NCBI GenBank assembly: GCA_963717505.1
Contig: OY970342.1
Coordinates: 3,104,001 to 3,168,000, forward strand
DNA length: 64,000 bases
DNA from: Candidatus Eiseniibacteriota bacterium
GTDB lineage: Bacteria > Eisenbacteria > RBG-16-71-46
Direction of reading: 5' to 3'
Part shown: positions 52,057 through 64,000 of the stretch, one piece after another
Layout: every line of letters begins with the position of its first letter
How positions within the stretch are numbered: position 1 is the first letter of the stretch
Position numbers and translations under genes: made by a program
The notes under the pieces: generated by a model
Database searches by the model: none
Told to the model about the DNA's origin: nothing
The model's input: the letters and a program-made list of their open reading frames with translations, nothing else

Positions 52057-52557
52057 ATGGGGATGGTCGACACCCCCGATCGCGGCGGTAAGAAGAAAAA
52101 GGGCAGAGGGTTTTCGCGCCCCAAGCGCAGGGTGGGCGTCCGCATCGACATGACGCCGATGGTCGACGTGGCGTTCCTGCTGCTCATCTTCTTCATGGTA
52201 ACCACGGTGTTTCGCACGCCTCAGGCGCTCGAGATCAACTTGCCGCCGGATGAGGACGTCAAGATCGAGGTCGCAGAGTCCAAGGTGCTGAGTCTGTGGG
52301 TGCTCGGCGCGGATCGCATCTACTGGAAGCGCGGGGGCAAGGACGTGCCCTGGGCGCGCACGGATGCCAAGACGCTGCCCAAGGTTCTGGCGCCCTTCAA
52401 GGGCAACAAGGACCTGGTGGTCGTGATCAAGATCGATCGCGACGCCAGCTTCAACAACATGGTGGACATCATCGACGAACTCGATCTCGCGAGCCTCAAT
52501 CGATTCTCCCTGGCGACCCTGACCCCGGAAGAGCGTGGGGAGGTGGCTTCTCTGTGA
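52057..52557 (+). CDS. exbD: ExbD/TolR family protein 2
   Basis: IDMTPMVDVAFLLLIFFM, KIDRDASFNNMVDIIDEL. Confidence 0.92.
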   Translation: MGMVDTPDRGGKKKKGRGFSRPKRRVGVRIDMTPMVDVAFLLLIFFMVTTVFRTPQALEINLPPDEDVKIEVAESKVLSLWVLGADRIYWKRGGKDVPWARTDAKTLPKVLAPFKGNKDLVVVIKIDRDASFNNMVDIIDELDLASLNRFSLATLTPEERGEVASL

Positions 52558-53264
52558 GTGCTCGCGGCTGGCTGTTCTACTTCATGCCCTACGGGGCACC
52601 CGAGCTCAAAGAGGTCGGGCGGAAGTACATGGTGCGCGCGGTCCTGGTGGCGTCGGCCGCGTGGATTCTCTTGTTCCTGATGTCGCTCGGGACGAATGCG
52701 TTCCTGCGTAGCCGGCCGCGGGAGACCAGCGTGATCGTCGTTCCCTACCGCGAGATCGCAGCTCCGCCGCCGCTGACCCAGGATGCGCCGCCGCCGCAGG
52801 TGGCGATCGCGCAGCCGGTCGCGCCACCGACCGTGGGTGTCGCGGTCCCGGTGCCCGACGCCGAAGCGCCGCCCGAGCAGACGATTGCCTCGCAGGAGGA
52901 GATCGCGGCTTCGACGCCGGGCGTCGAGTCCACCGGGGACATCGTCGTGGCCCCGCCCTCCGAAGACGAGTTGCCGGCGTTCGGCGAGTACGTCTACGTC
53001 GAAGAGCTTCCGGAAGCGGTGACCAAGGTGAACCCGAGCTACCCGGACATCGCGCGTGAAGCCGGGGTCGACGGCGTCGTCCTGGTCCAGGCGTTGGTCG
53101 GCAAGGACGGCAAGGTCAAGGACACCCGCATCGTGAAATCGATCCCGATGCTCGACAATTCCGCGGCGGACGCAGTCAAGCAGTGGGTGTTCAAGCCGGC
53201 GCTGTCGAACAACAAGCCGGTTGCCGTGTGGGTGGCCGTGCCGGTGCGCTTCAGCCTCCACTAG
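52554..53264 (+). CDS. tonB: Energy transducer TonB
   Basis: YGAPELK, TM helix, Pro-rich linker, TonB_C (YPDIAREAGVDG...WVFKPA...PVRF). Confidence 0.92.
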   Translation: MSARGWLFYFMPYGAPELKEVGRKYMVRAVLVASAAWILLFLMSLGTNAFLRSRPRETSVIVVPYREIAAPPPLTQDAPPPQVAIAQPVAPPTVGVAVPVPDAEAPPEQTIASQEEIAASTPGVESTGDIVVAPPSEDELPAFGEYVYVEELPEAVTKVNPSYPDIAREAGVDGVVLVQALVGKDGKVKDTRIVKSIPMLDNSAADAVKQWVFKPALSNNKPVAVWVAVPVRFSLH

Positions 53265-53316
53265 AATCGCGCGGTTCCGCGCTCGGGGATGGAAATCCCG
53301 CGCCGGTCTGGCCGCG

Positions 53317-53346
53317 TTGACGCGTCTTCCCGCGTTTCCCTACCCT
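53317..53346 (+). promoter_or_regulatory. Putative sigma70 promoter TTGACG-N18-TACCCT for the Yip1 gene
   Basis: Intergenic, after short GC hairpins downstream of tonB. Confidence 0.55.
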
Positions 53347-53406
53347 CGGCGCGCGAGTGCCTGCAGCGTTCCGCGCGCTTGCACCCCGTCCATTGGAGGT
53401 TCCCCC

Positions 53407-54153
53407 GTGATTTCGCCCGAAGCTGCGGTTCCCCCGGCCGCTCCGCCGGAGTTGTCCCCATGGTCGCGGTTCGTCGCCGTCTTCGTCCGGCCGGCTTCCG
53501 CCTGGGGTGGGCTCGACAAACCTCAGTGGTGGTACCCGATGCTCGTGACTCTGGCGCTCAGTCTCGGTTCGGTGGCCGTGCTTCACGATCGCGCCCTGAT
53601 GCCGATGCTGATCAGCCAGTGGGAGGAGGCGGTTGACGAGGGACGCATGCCACCCGAGCAGCTCGAGCGCATGGAATCGTTCTTCTCCGATGGGGGTGGC
53701 CGGATCGTCAACCTGAGCACCCAGGCGGTCGCGATCCCGTTGATCCTGATCATCACCGCAATCCTGCTCAGCTTCATCTGCGGTTTCCTGCTGGGCCACA
53801 AGCTGTCCTTCCGGCTGGCGCTCGAGGTGGCCTGTTGGTCGTCATTGATCAGCATTCCGTCGATCGTCCTGACGACGGTGATCGCCTGGCAGCGCGAGAC
53901 CATGGAGGGCATTCACCTCGGCTTCGGGGCCCTGCTGTCCGGCGCCGAGCCCAGCCGGATGACCAGCGCGATCGCCAGCACGCTCGACGCGTTCGGCCCG
54001 CTGGCGCTGTGGCAGGTTGCCGTGATGATCCTGGGAGCGAGCACCCTGTCGGGCGCGCCACGGGCCAAGACCGCCTGGGCGGTCGGGGGCGTGTACCTGG
54101 TCGTGATCGCTGGACTTGGCGCGTTGGGCGCCGCATTCGGCCGCGCGGGCTGA
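53407..54153 (+). CDS. Yip1-family (YknW-like) membrane protein
   Basis: SRFVAVFVRPASAW, PQWWYP, about 5 TM helices; SD GGAGG before GTG 53407; upstream of tolC-macAB. Confidence 0.78.
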   Translation: MISPEAAVPPAAPPELSPWSRFVAVFVRPASAWGGLDKPQWWYPMLVTLALSLGSVAVLHDRALMPMLISQWEEAVDEGRMPPEQLERMESFFSDGGGRIVNLSTQAVAIPLILIITAILLSFICGFLLGHKLSFRLALEVACWSSLISIPSIVLTTVIAWQRETMEGIHLGFGALLSGAEPSRMTSAIASTLDAFGPLALWQVAVMILGASTLSGAPRAKTAWAVGGVYLVVIAGLGALGAAFGRAG

Positions 54154-54154
54154 T

Positions 54155-54180
54155 GGAAACCTTTCGAGACAAGGGCCGTA
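54155..54180 (+). promoter_or_regulatory. Putative ECF (sigmaW-like) promoter GGAAAC-N16-CGTA
   Basis: GGAAACCTTT...CGTA, about 50 nt before tolC ATG 54228; matches the TGAAAC-N16-CGTA consensus with one mismatch. Confidence 0.6.
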
Positions 54181-54227
54181 GTGCACGTGGTTCCACCGCC
54201 GGTCGGGGAACGTTTCATGGAGGATGC

Positions 54228-55565
54228 ATGAGCAGGAGTCATTGGACGCTGGCAGCAATGGTGGTGGTGCTGGCGACCGCGAGCGCGACCGCGGAAGCCC
54301 AGTTGTTGACCGTCGACCGAGCCGTCGAGATCGGTCGCGAACGCAGCTCGCTCACCGTGCAGGGCAAGGCCGGGGTGGTCGACGCCCAGGCGGGGCTCTA
54401 CGGCGCCTACTCGGGCATCCTGCCGCGCCTCTCCGCCGGCATCAGCCGCTCCGGGCAATGGACCGACAACCGCACCGGCAGCGAGCAGTTCGGCGGCGTC
54501 ACGCTGCCATCGGTCACGTTCGACGCCGAGGACTACTCGACCAACCCCGGGGTCACGGGCTCCTGGGCGATCCTCGATCTGGCGGCGATCTCGAACTTCT
54601 CGGCGGCGCGCAACAACCTCCGCGCCGCTCGGGACCGTGAGACCGCGACGCTCAACGATCTGACCTTCCAGGTGCGCGCCCAGTTCTACGAAGTCGTGCG
54701 CGCGGTCCAGCTGGCGCGGGTCAACGCCGAAGCCGTGCGTTTGGCGCGCGACGACGAGCGGCGCGTGCGCGCCCTGTTCGAGGTCGGTTCGGTGTCGAAG
54801 AGCGACCTGCTCGCCGCCCAGGTGCGAACCGCCCAAAGCGAGCTCGACTCGATCACCGCTCGGCACGCGATCACGACGACGCGGAACGACCTCGCGATCC
54901 TGATCGGTATGGAAGCGTCCGAGCTGGGCGAGGTCGACACGCTGCTGGCCTTCGCGCAGCAGACCTACGACGAAGCCGCGATTCTGGCCGAAGCCGAGCA
55001 GAATCGACCCGACATCATCGCGGCCGAGTCCGACATGACCGCGGCCGGAGCCGCGGTCAATGCCGCGCGATTCAATTACCTGCCCTACGTGACGGTCTCG
55101 GGGAGCGCCGCCTTCTCGCCCAAGTCCAGCTCGGCGCTGACCATCAATGACACGACGACCGTGAGTCGCAACGAAACCGACCAGGTTTTGCGCGGCACCG
55201 TGGCACTGAACTGGGACTTCTTCGATGGTCTGGCGGCCGAAGCGCAGCGGGCTCAGGCCAAGGCGCGGCAGATGCGGGCGCGAGACACGCGCGACGCACT
55301 GCGGCGCAACCTGGCGGCCGACGTGCGCGAGTCGCTGCTGCTCTACCAGGAGGCGACCGAAGCCCTGCGACTGGCCGAACGGGCCATGGAGTCGGCGGTC
55401 GAGAACAACAACCTGAACCAGCAGAAATACAACGTCGGCTCGTCGACGATTCTGGAGTTGATCAATGCGCAGGTGCAGCTGCAACAGGCCAGCAGCCAGA
55501 GGGTGACCGCATTGGCGGTGATCAAGGTCGCCGAAGCCCGCATCGAGCGGGTCCGCGGACGCTGA
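54228..55565 (+). CDS. tolC: TolC-family outer membrane efflux protein
   Basis: Signal peptide and two OEP repeats (LFEVGSVSKSDLLAAQ, KYNVGSSTILELINAQ). Confidence 0.92.
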   Translation: MSRSHWTLAAMVVVLATASATAEAQLLTVDRAVEIGRERSSLTVQGKAGVVDAQAGLYGAYSGILPRLSAGISRSGQWTDNRTGSEQFGGVTLPSVTFDAEDYSTNPGVTGSWAILDLAAISNFSAARNNLRAARDRETATLNDLTFQVRAQFYEVVRAVQLARVNAEAVRLARDDERRVRALFEVGSVSKSDLLAAQVRTAQSELDSITARHAITTTRNDLAILIGMEASELGEVDTLLAFAQQTYDEAAILAEAEQNRPDIIAAESDMTAAGAAVNAARFNYLPYVTVSGSAAFSPKSSSALTINDTTTVSRNETDQVLRGTVALNWDFFDGLAAEAQRAQAKARQMRARDTRDALRRNLAADVRESLLLYQEATEALRLAERAMESAVENNNLNQQKYNVGSSTILELINAQVQLQQASSQRVTALAVIKVAEARIERVRGR

Positions 55566-55598
55566 CGACCGCCGAGCTCGGGAAGGAGCACGCAGCGA

Positions 55599-56885
55599 AT
55601 GAAGCGCAAGTGGCTGTGGTTCGTCATTGGAGGCGTGGTCGTGCTCGCGCTGGTGGGGGTCAACGTCGTGCGCGGCGCCAAGGGGCGGGCCGAGTCCGTT
55701 CAGCTGGCGAAGGTGCGATCCGAGACCGTGACTTCGACGGTTCGCGCTCCGGGCAAGATCGAACCGCGCACCCAGGTCAAGGTCAGCGCTGACATCCCGG
55801 GGAAGATCGTGCGCCTGGCGGTCAAGGAAGGCGACACCGTACGCCGCGGCCAGCTCATGCTCCAGCTCGACGACACGCAGTACCGCGCCGCGCTCGAGCA
55901 GAGCCGCGCGGGTCTGGCGTCGGCGGAAGGCCGCCTGCGCGAGGCGACCACGGCGCTCAAGGTGTCGTCCTCGAACCTGACGCGCCAGAAAGCGCTCTAC
56001 GAGCAGAAGCTGCTGTCGGACGCCGAGTGGGACATCGCCATGCGCAATCACGAGTCCGCCGAGGTCGCGGTCAATACCGCGAACGAGGAAGTGGCTCGGA
56101 CCCGCGCGATGGTGACCGCCGCGGCGGACAACGTCAGCAAGATGCCGATTCCTGGCGCCGTTCGACGGTGTGGTCAGCGCGCTCAACGTCGAGGCCGGCG
56201 AGATCGTGATCACCGGGACCATGAACAATCCCGGCACCCAGATCCTCACGGTGTCCGACCTCTCGCGCATGCTGGTGCGCGCCGATGTCGACGAAACCGA
56301 CGTGGTCGACATGACCGTCGGCCAGAAGGCCAAGATCACGGTCGACGCGCTGCCCGACACGTCGTTCGGCGGCATGGTGCTCGAGATCGGCAACACCGCG
56401 AAGCGCTCGGCGACCTCGAGCATCGAGGGGCAGACCAACTTCGAAGTCAAAGTCGGCTTCGACGAGAACGTGCCCGCGATCCGGCCCGGGATGACGGCCG
56501 ACGTCGAGATCGAGACCGCGACCCGACGCGCAAGACGCTGGCGGTGCCGATCCAGGCGGTGGTGGTGCGCACCGACCGCGACCTGGAGCGTGCCGAGAAG
56601 CGCAAGAGCGGGGCGAAGAAGCCGCGCAAGGGGGACGCGATCGCCGCCGACGAGGACACGGTCGGACGCAAGGCCAAGGAGATCACCGGGGTCTTCGTGG
56701 TCAAGGACGGCGTGGCGACGTTCGTCCCGGTGCGCACCGGAATCGCGGGCGAGACGATGCTGGAGGTGTTCGGCGAGGTTCAGGCCGGCAACGAGATCGT
56801 CTCGGGACCCTACAAGGCGCTGCGCGACCTCAAGCCGGGCACCAAGGTCAAGGCCGAGACCGTGAAGCGCGCGGAGCGGCGCTGA
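55599..56885 (+). CDS. MacA-like periplasmic adaptor; middle section out of frame (indels near 56142 and 56531)
   Basis: Both ends are in ORF 55599. APFDGVVS, VDETD, VDALPD and IRPGMTA are in the +1 frame (ORF 56170). Confidence 0.88.
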   Translation: MKRKWLWFVIGGVVVLALVGVNVVRGAKGRAESVQLAKVRSETVTSTVRAPGKIEPRTQVKVSADIPGKIVRLAVKEGDTVRRGQLMLQLDDTQYRAALEQSRAGLASAEGRLREATTALKVSSSNLTRQKALYEQKLLSDAEWDIAMRNHESAEVAVNTANEEVARTRAMVTAAADNVSKMPIPGAVRRCGQRAQRRGRRDRDHRDHEQSRHPDPHGVRPLAHAGARRCRRNRRGRHDRRPEGQDHGRRAARHVVRRHGARDRQHREALGDLEHRGADQLRSQSRLRRERARDPARDDGRRRDRDRDPTRKTLAVPIQAVVVRTDRDLERAEKRKSGAKKPRKGDAIAADEDTVGRKAKEITGVFVVKDGVATFVPVRTGIAGETMLEVFGEVQAGNEIVSGPYKALRDLKPGTKVKAETVKRAERR

Positions 56886-57597
56886 TGCTGATCCAGCTCC
56901 GCGAGTTGCACGCGGATCTACGAGATGGGGGCGGAGAAGGTCCACGCCCTGGCCGGCGTCGACCTCGACATCGCCGAGAACGAGTACGTGGCGATCATGG
57001 GGCCGTCGGGCTCCGGGAAGTCGACGCTGATGAACATCATCGGCTGCCTCGATACGCCGTCGAGCGGCAGCTACAAGCTCAAGGACACCGAGATCGGCAA
57101 GCTGAGCGACGACGAGCTGGCGCGCATCCGCAATCAGGAGATCGGTTTCGTGTTCCAGACGTTCAACCTGCTGCCACGCGCCGACGCGCTGCACAACGTC
57201 GAGCTGCCCCTGGTCTACGCCGGGCGTCAAGCACGAGGAGCGGCGCAAGCGCGCGCGCGAGGCCCTGGAGCTGGTCGGCCTCGGCGACCGCATGAAGCAC
57301 CGGCCCAACGAGCTGTCGGGCGGGCAGCGCCAGCGCGTGGCGATCGCCCGCGCGCTGGTCAACCGGCCGAGCATCATCCTGGCCGACGAACCGACCGGGA
57401 ATCTCGACTCCTCGACCGGCGAGGAGATCATGGCGTCCTTCGCGCGCATCTGGAGCCAGGGCAACACGGTCATCCTGGTGACCCACGAGGCCGACATCGC
57501 GGCGCATGCCCGCCGCGTGGTGCGCATGCGCGACGGCAAGATCGAGAGCGACGTGTCCAGTACCTCGAGCACCGTCCCCGCGGCGCCGGCGTCGTGA
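56885..57597 (+). CDS. MacB-type ABC ATPase; split by two +1 indels (near 56909 and 57223)
   Basis: MLIQLREL, then GPSGSGKST and [10 protein letters not shown], then [13 protein letters not shown] and DEPTGNLD, in three successive frames. Confidence 0.9.
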
Positions 57598-58811
57598 ACC
57601 TCCGCGAGAGCGCCGGCATCGCCCTGGGTGCGATCCGGGCCAACAAGCTGCGCTCGTTCCTGACGCTGCTCGGCACCATCATCGGCGTCGCGTCGGTGAT
57701 CGCCGTGGTCTCGTTCGTCGAAGGCCTGAACCGCTTCGTCGCCGACAAGGTGCTCCAGGCCGGCTCGAACGTCTTCTACGTCGACAAATGGGGCTTCATC
57801 ACCAGCCAGGAAGCCTGGGAGGAGGCGCAGAAGCGCCCCGACGTCACGATCGACGACGCCGACGCGCTGCGTCGCGGAGTCAGCCACGCGGCCCTGGTGG
57901 TCGCGATGGCCGATCAGCGCGAGACGGTTCGTTACCGCACCAAGACGCATGAACGGCGTCAGCGTCTCCGGTCGCAGCGCGGATACGAGATCATCGACGA
58001 TCTGACCATCGCCGACGGGCGGCATCTGAGCGATCTCGACGATCGCCGCCGGCGGATGGTGTGCGTCATCGGTCCGGAGATCGCGGAAGAGCTGTTCCCG
58101 GGTCTCGATCCCATGGGCCGGGTGATCCGGGTCGGCGCCCAGTCGTTCCAGGTGATCGGCGTGACGCAGAAGAAGGGCAAGCTGCTCGGCCAGAACCGCG
58201 ATCGCTTCGTCGCGATCCCGATCCGAACGTTCGTCAAACACAAGCAGGAGCGGGCGTCGGTGACCGTGGCGATCAAGAGTGTCGACCAGGCCACGCTGCC
58301 GACGGCACAGCACGAAGCGCGCAACGTGCTGCGCGGCCGGCGTCACCTGGCGCCGGGGCGGCCCGACAACTTCGGCATCCAGACCTCCGAGACCTGGATG
58401 CAGTTCTACCACAACCTGACCGGCGGCATCTTCTTCGTGTCCATCGGCGTCGCCGCGATCTCGCTGGTGGTCGGCGGCATCGTGATCATGAACATCATGC
58501 TGGTCTCGGTGACCGAGCGGACGCGCGAGATCGGCGTGCGCAAGGCGCTGGGCGCGCGCCGGCGCGACATCCTGATCCAGTTCCTGATCGAGGCGACGAC
58601 CTTGTCGCTGGCCGGGGGCATCAGCGGCATCGTGCTCGGCGGAGGGCTGGCGCTGCTGGTCGGCGCCGTGAGCCCGCTGCCGGCGGCAATCAGCATGCCG
58701 GCGGTGATCATGGGCATCTTCATGTCGTGCGGGATCGGATTGTTCTTCGGCTCGTACCCGGCCTGGCGCGCCGCGCGCCTCGATCCCATCGAAGCGCTGC
58801 GCTACGAGTAG
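57594..58811 (+). CDS. MacB/FtsX-type ABC permease 1
   Basis: [57 protein letters not shown]; a short out-of-frame patch near 57948-57980. Confidence 0.92.
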   Translation: MNLRESAGIALGAIRANKLRSFLTLLGTIIGVASVIAVVSFVEGLNRFVADKVLQAGSNVFYVDKWGFITSQEAWEEAQKRPDVTIDDADALRRGVSHAALVVAMADQRETVRYRTKTHERRQRLRSQRGYEIIDDLTIADGRHLSDLDDRRRRMVCVIGPEIAEELFPGLDPMGRVIRVGAQSFQVIGVTQKKGKLLGQNRDRFVAIPIRTFVKHKQERASVTVAIKSVDQATLPTAQHEARNVLRGRRHLAPGRPDNFGIQTSETWMQFYHNLTGGIFFVSIGVAAISLVVGGIVIMNIMLVSVTERTREIGVRKALGARRRDILIQFLIEATTLSLAGGISGIVLGGGLALLVGAVSPLPAAISMPAVIMGIFMSCGIGLFFGSYPAWRAARLDPIEALRYE

Positions 58812-58814
58812 GCC

Positions 58815-60084
58815 GTGAGTCTCCACTGGATCGCGAGAATTCCTGGCGATGGCCAGCACCGCACTGGTCGCCAACCGGCTGCGGTCGGCGCTCGCCCTGC
58901 TCGGGATCGTCATCGGCGTCGGCACGGTCATCGGCATGGTCGCGCTGATCAACGGCTTCCAGCGCTCGTTCCAGCAGAGCATCCAGTCGATCGGCCAGAA
59001 CACCATCTTCATCCGGCGCATCCGCCCCGGCGTCATCATCAACGGGCAGATCCCGGACAGCCTGAGGCAGCGCAAGGCGTTCACCATGGACGACGCGCGC
59101 GCGATCCTCGACCACTGCCCGGCGGTGCTCGCGGTGTCGCCGTTCAAGTTCCCGTACCAGGACCTGCGTCTGCGCCACCACGACAAGCTGACCAAGGTCA
59201 CCTTCGTGTTCGGCACCAACGAAGACTACATGCGCACCCACGGCTACGAGCTGGCGCGCGGGCGGTTCTTCACCGGCGAGGAGGTCCAGCGTCGCGCCAA
59301 CGTCGTGGTCCTGGGCAAGGACACCCGCGACGCCCTGTTCGGCAACCGCGACCCGATCGGCGAGCGCGTGCACATCGGCAACATTCCCTTCACCGTGGTC
59401 GGCGAGGCCGAGGAGAAGGGCCGGATCCTGGGCAACAACTTCGACGAAGTCGCGATCGTGCCGTACGCGACCGTCGACAAGTACTTCCCGGCGCCCGACG
59501 ACGCGCCGCCCTGGTTCCCGAAACGCGGGGAGCTGTTCCTGGACGCGATCGCGGTTTCGCCCGAGATGGACGAGGAGGCTCAGCGCCAGATCATCGACGT
59601 CCTGCGCATCCGGCGGCACCTGCCGAGCCACAAGAACAACGACTTCGTCGTGTTCTCGGACGACGCCTTCCTCCAGCTCTACCAGACCGTGACCGGGGGA
59701 ATCGTGCTGCTCATGACCCTGATCTCGTCGGTGGCGCTGGTGGTCGGCGGCATCGGCGTCATGAACATCATGCTGGTCGCGGTCACCGAGCGGACGCGTG
59801 AGATCGGCGTGCGCAAGGCGTTGGGTGCCCCGCGAAGGGCGATCCTCGCCCAGTTCCTGATCGAGGCCGTGCTGCTGACCGCCGCCGGCGGCGTGGTCGG
59901 CATCCTGCTCGGTGCCGGCGTGTCGTGGCTGGTGCGCCTGGCCACACCGCTGCCCTCTTACGTGTCGCCGTGGTCGGTGATCACCGCGCTCCTGTTCTCG
60001 GCGGGGGTGGGAATGTTCTTCGGCATCTACCCCGCGATGCGTGCGTCGCGTCTCGACCCGGTGGACTCGCTCCGGTACGAGTGA
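58815..60084 (+). CDS. MacB/FtsX-type ABC permease 2 (GTG 58815 is out of frame with the ORF from 58849)
   Basis: [50 protein letters not shown]. Confidence 0.92.
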
Positions 60085-60117
60085 CCGTGGACGGTCCCCC
60101 GGCGGCTTGCGCCGGGC

Positions 60118-60126
60118 TGGTATAGT
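60118..60126 (+). promoter_or_regulatory. Extended -10 element TGgTATAGT for uvrA
   Basis: 10 nt upstream of ATG 60137, implying a nearly leaderless transcript. Confidence 0.45.
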
Positions 60127-60136
60127 CGCCCGTCCC

Positions 60137-63080
<2,944 letters not shown>

Positions 63081-63131
63081 TGCCGCGGTAGCCCGACCGC
63101 GAACGTTCCGACACGCCGACCTCGGAGTGAC

Positions 63132-64000
63132 ATGAATCCCGGTACCCCCGCCGTGACCGCGATGCCGCGCACTGCCACGTCGGCGCCTCCGCGCACGATG
63201 CGCGCGGTGGTCAAGACCGGCTCGAGCCCCGGTGCGGAAATCCGCGAGGTGCCGACACCGGCGGCCGGCCCGGGCGAGTTGCTCCTGCGAGTGTTGCGCG
63301 CGGGCGTGTGCGGCACCGACCTGCACATCGTCAATTGGGACCGATGGTCCCAGGGACGCATACGCCCGCCGGTCACGCTCGGCCACGAATTCGTCGGCGA
63401 GATCGTCGCGTGGGGTCCGGGAGTTACCGGATTCACCCCCGGCGAGCGGGTCTCGTGCGAGAGCCACATCGTGTGCGGCGTCTGCGTCGCATGCCGAACC
63501 GGCAACGGGCATGTCTGCGAGCAGACGCGCATCCTGGGAGTGGACGTCAACGGCGGCTTCGCCGAGTACGTCGCCGTGCCGGCGGTCAATGCCTGGCGCG
63601 CGCCAGCGAACGTTTCACTCGAGGTTGCGGCGGTCATGGAGCCGCTCGGCAACGCGGTGCACACCGCGTTCGCCGGGCCCCTGTCCGCGTGCAACATCCT
63701 GGTCACCGGTTGCGGTCCGATCGGCCTGTTCGCGGTCGGGGTCGCGCGCGCGGCGGGTGCCAGCCGGGTATTCGCCAGCGACATCTCACCCTATCGCCTG
63801 GATCTCGCCCGCCGCATGAAGGCGGACGCGGTCCTGGACGCGGGCCGCGAGAACGTCGTCGAGCGGGTGCGCGAGCTGACCGGGGGCGAAGGGGTCGATG
63901 GGGTGTTGGAGATGTCCGGGCACCCGCAGGCGCTGCGCGATGGGCTCGCGGCCTTGCGCAACGGCGGGCGGCTGTCGCTGCTCGGCCTGCCGACCGAACC
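63132..64000 (+). CDS. tdh: L-threonine 3-dehydrogenase, 3'-truncated by the window edge
   Basis: Translated by hand from ATG 63132 (SD GGAG): GVCGTDLHIVNWDRW, LGHEFVG, ESHIVCGVCVAC..G.GHVC, EPLGNAVHT, GCGPIG, LEMSG. Confidence 0.9.
   Translation, partial: MNPGTPAVTAMPRTATSAPPRTMRAVVKTGSSPGAEIREVPTPAAGPGELLLRVLRAGVCGTDLHIVNWDRWSQGRIRPPVTLGHEFVGEIVAWGPGVTGFTPGERVSCESHIVCGVCVACRTGNGHVCEQTRILGVDVNGGFAEYVAVPAVNAWRAPANVSLEVAAVMEPLGNAVHTAFAGPLSACNILVTGCGPIGLFAVGVARAAGASRVFASDISPYRLDLARRMKADAVLDAGRENVVERVRELTGGEGVDGVLEMSGHPQALRDGLAALRNGGRLSLLGLPTE

Noticed and set aside
53265-53305. Intrinsic terminator after tonB (also the hairpin at 50743-50770)
   Set aside because: GC hairpins are present but lack a U-tract, and such stems are common at this GC content.
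56925-58811. Fused MacB ATPase-permease
   Set aside because: The join runs through an out-of-frame Arg/Pro-rich stretch. The ABC signature and Walker B lie in another frame that ends at 57597.
53913-59219. 1768-aa minus-strand ORF and other long antisense ORFs (e.g. 9089-11440, 19725-21809, 59981-62215)
   Set aside because: Shadow ORFs of GC-rich genes: they mirror well-supported + strand genes and have no recognisable motifs.
60085-60136. LexA/SOS box upstream of uvrA
   Set aside because: No CTGT-N8-ACAG or GAAC-N4-GTTC palindrome is visible.

Overview
A gene-dense, very GC-rich (about 70% by eye) core-genome segment of a diderm bacterium. The gene order (mcsA-mcsB-clpC-bamA-skp-lpxD-lpxC/fabZ-lpxA, Bacteroidota-style exbB-exbD-exbD-tonB, archaeal-type ProRS) points to the FCB group, e.g. 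Ca. Eisenbacteria or Gemmatimonadota-like; this is inference. Almost all genes are on the + strand. Contents: purine biosynthesis (purM, purB, purL, purQ, a divergent tandem PurS-like gene, purF), lnt, asd, an orphan EcfT, truA with a 24-bp tandem array at its 3' end, htrA, lysS, lolE/lolD, mcsA-mcsB-clpC, a long outer-membrane/lipid A/LPS-core cluster, nadB, proS, asnS, uvrA and tdh. No rRNA, tRNA, CRISPR or mobile element was recognised. Least-explained modules: (i) an operon encoding a PstS-like lipoprotein, a large TPR protein, two tandem STAS proteins, ExbB, two ExbD and TonB, with no receptor, Pst permease or kinase in the window; (ii) the only minus-strand pair, a TPR/zinc-finger polytopic membrane protein and a DUF4388-TM-pseudopilin-like protein; (iii) a YknWXYZ-like Yip1-TolC-MacAB exporter with a sigmaW-like ECF promoter; (iv) a GnnA-like dehydrogenase between lpxA and lpxB. 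About eight single-base indels between 56.1 and 62.2 kb are most likely sequencing errors. All calls come from reading motifs; no database search was run.
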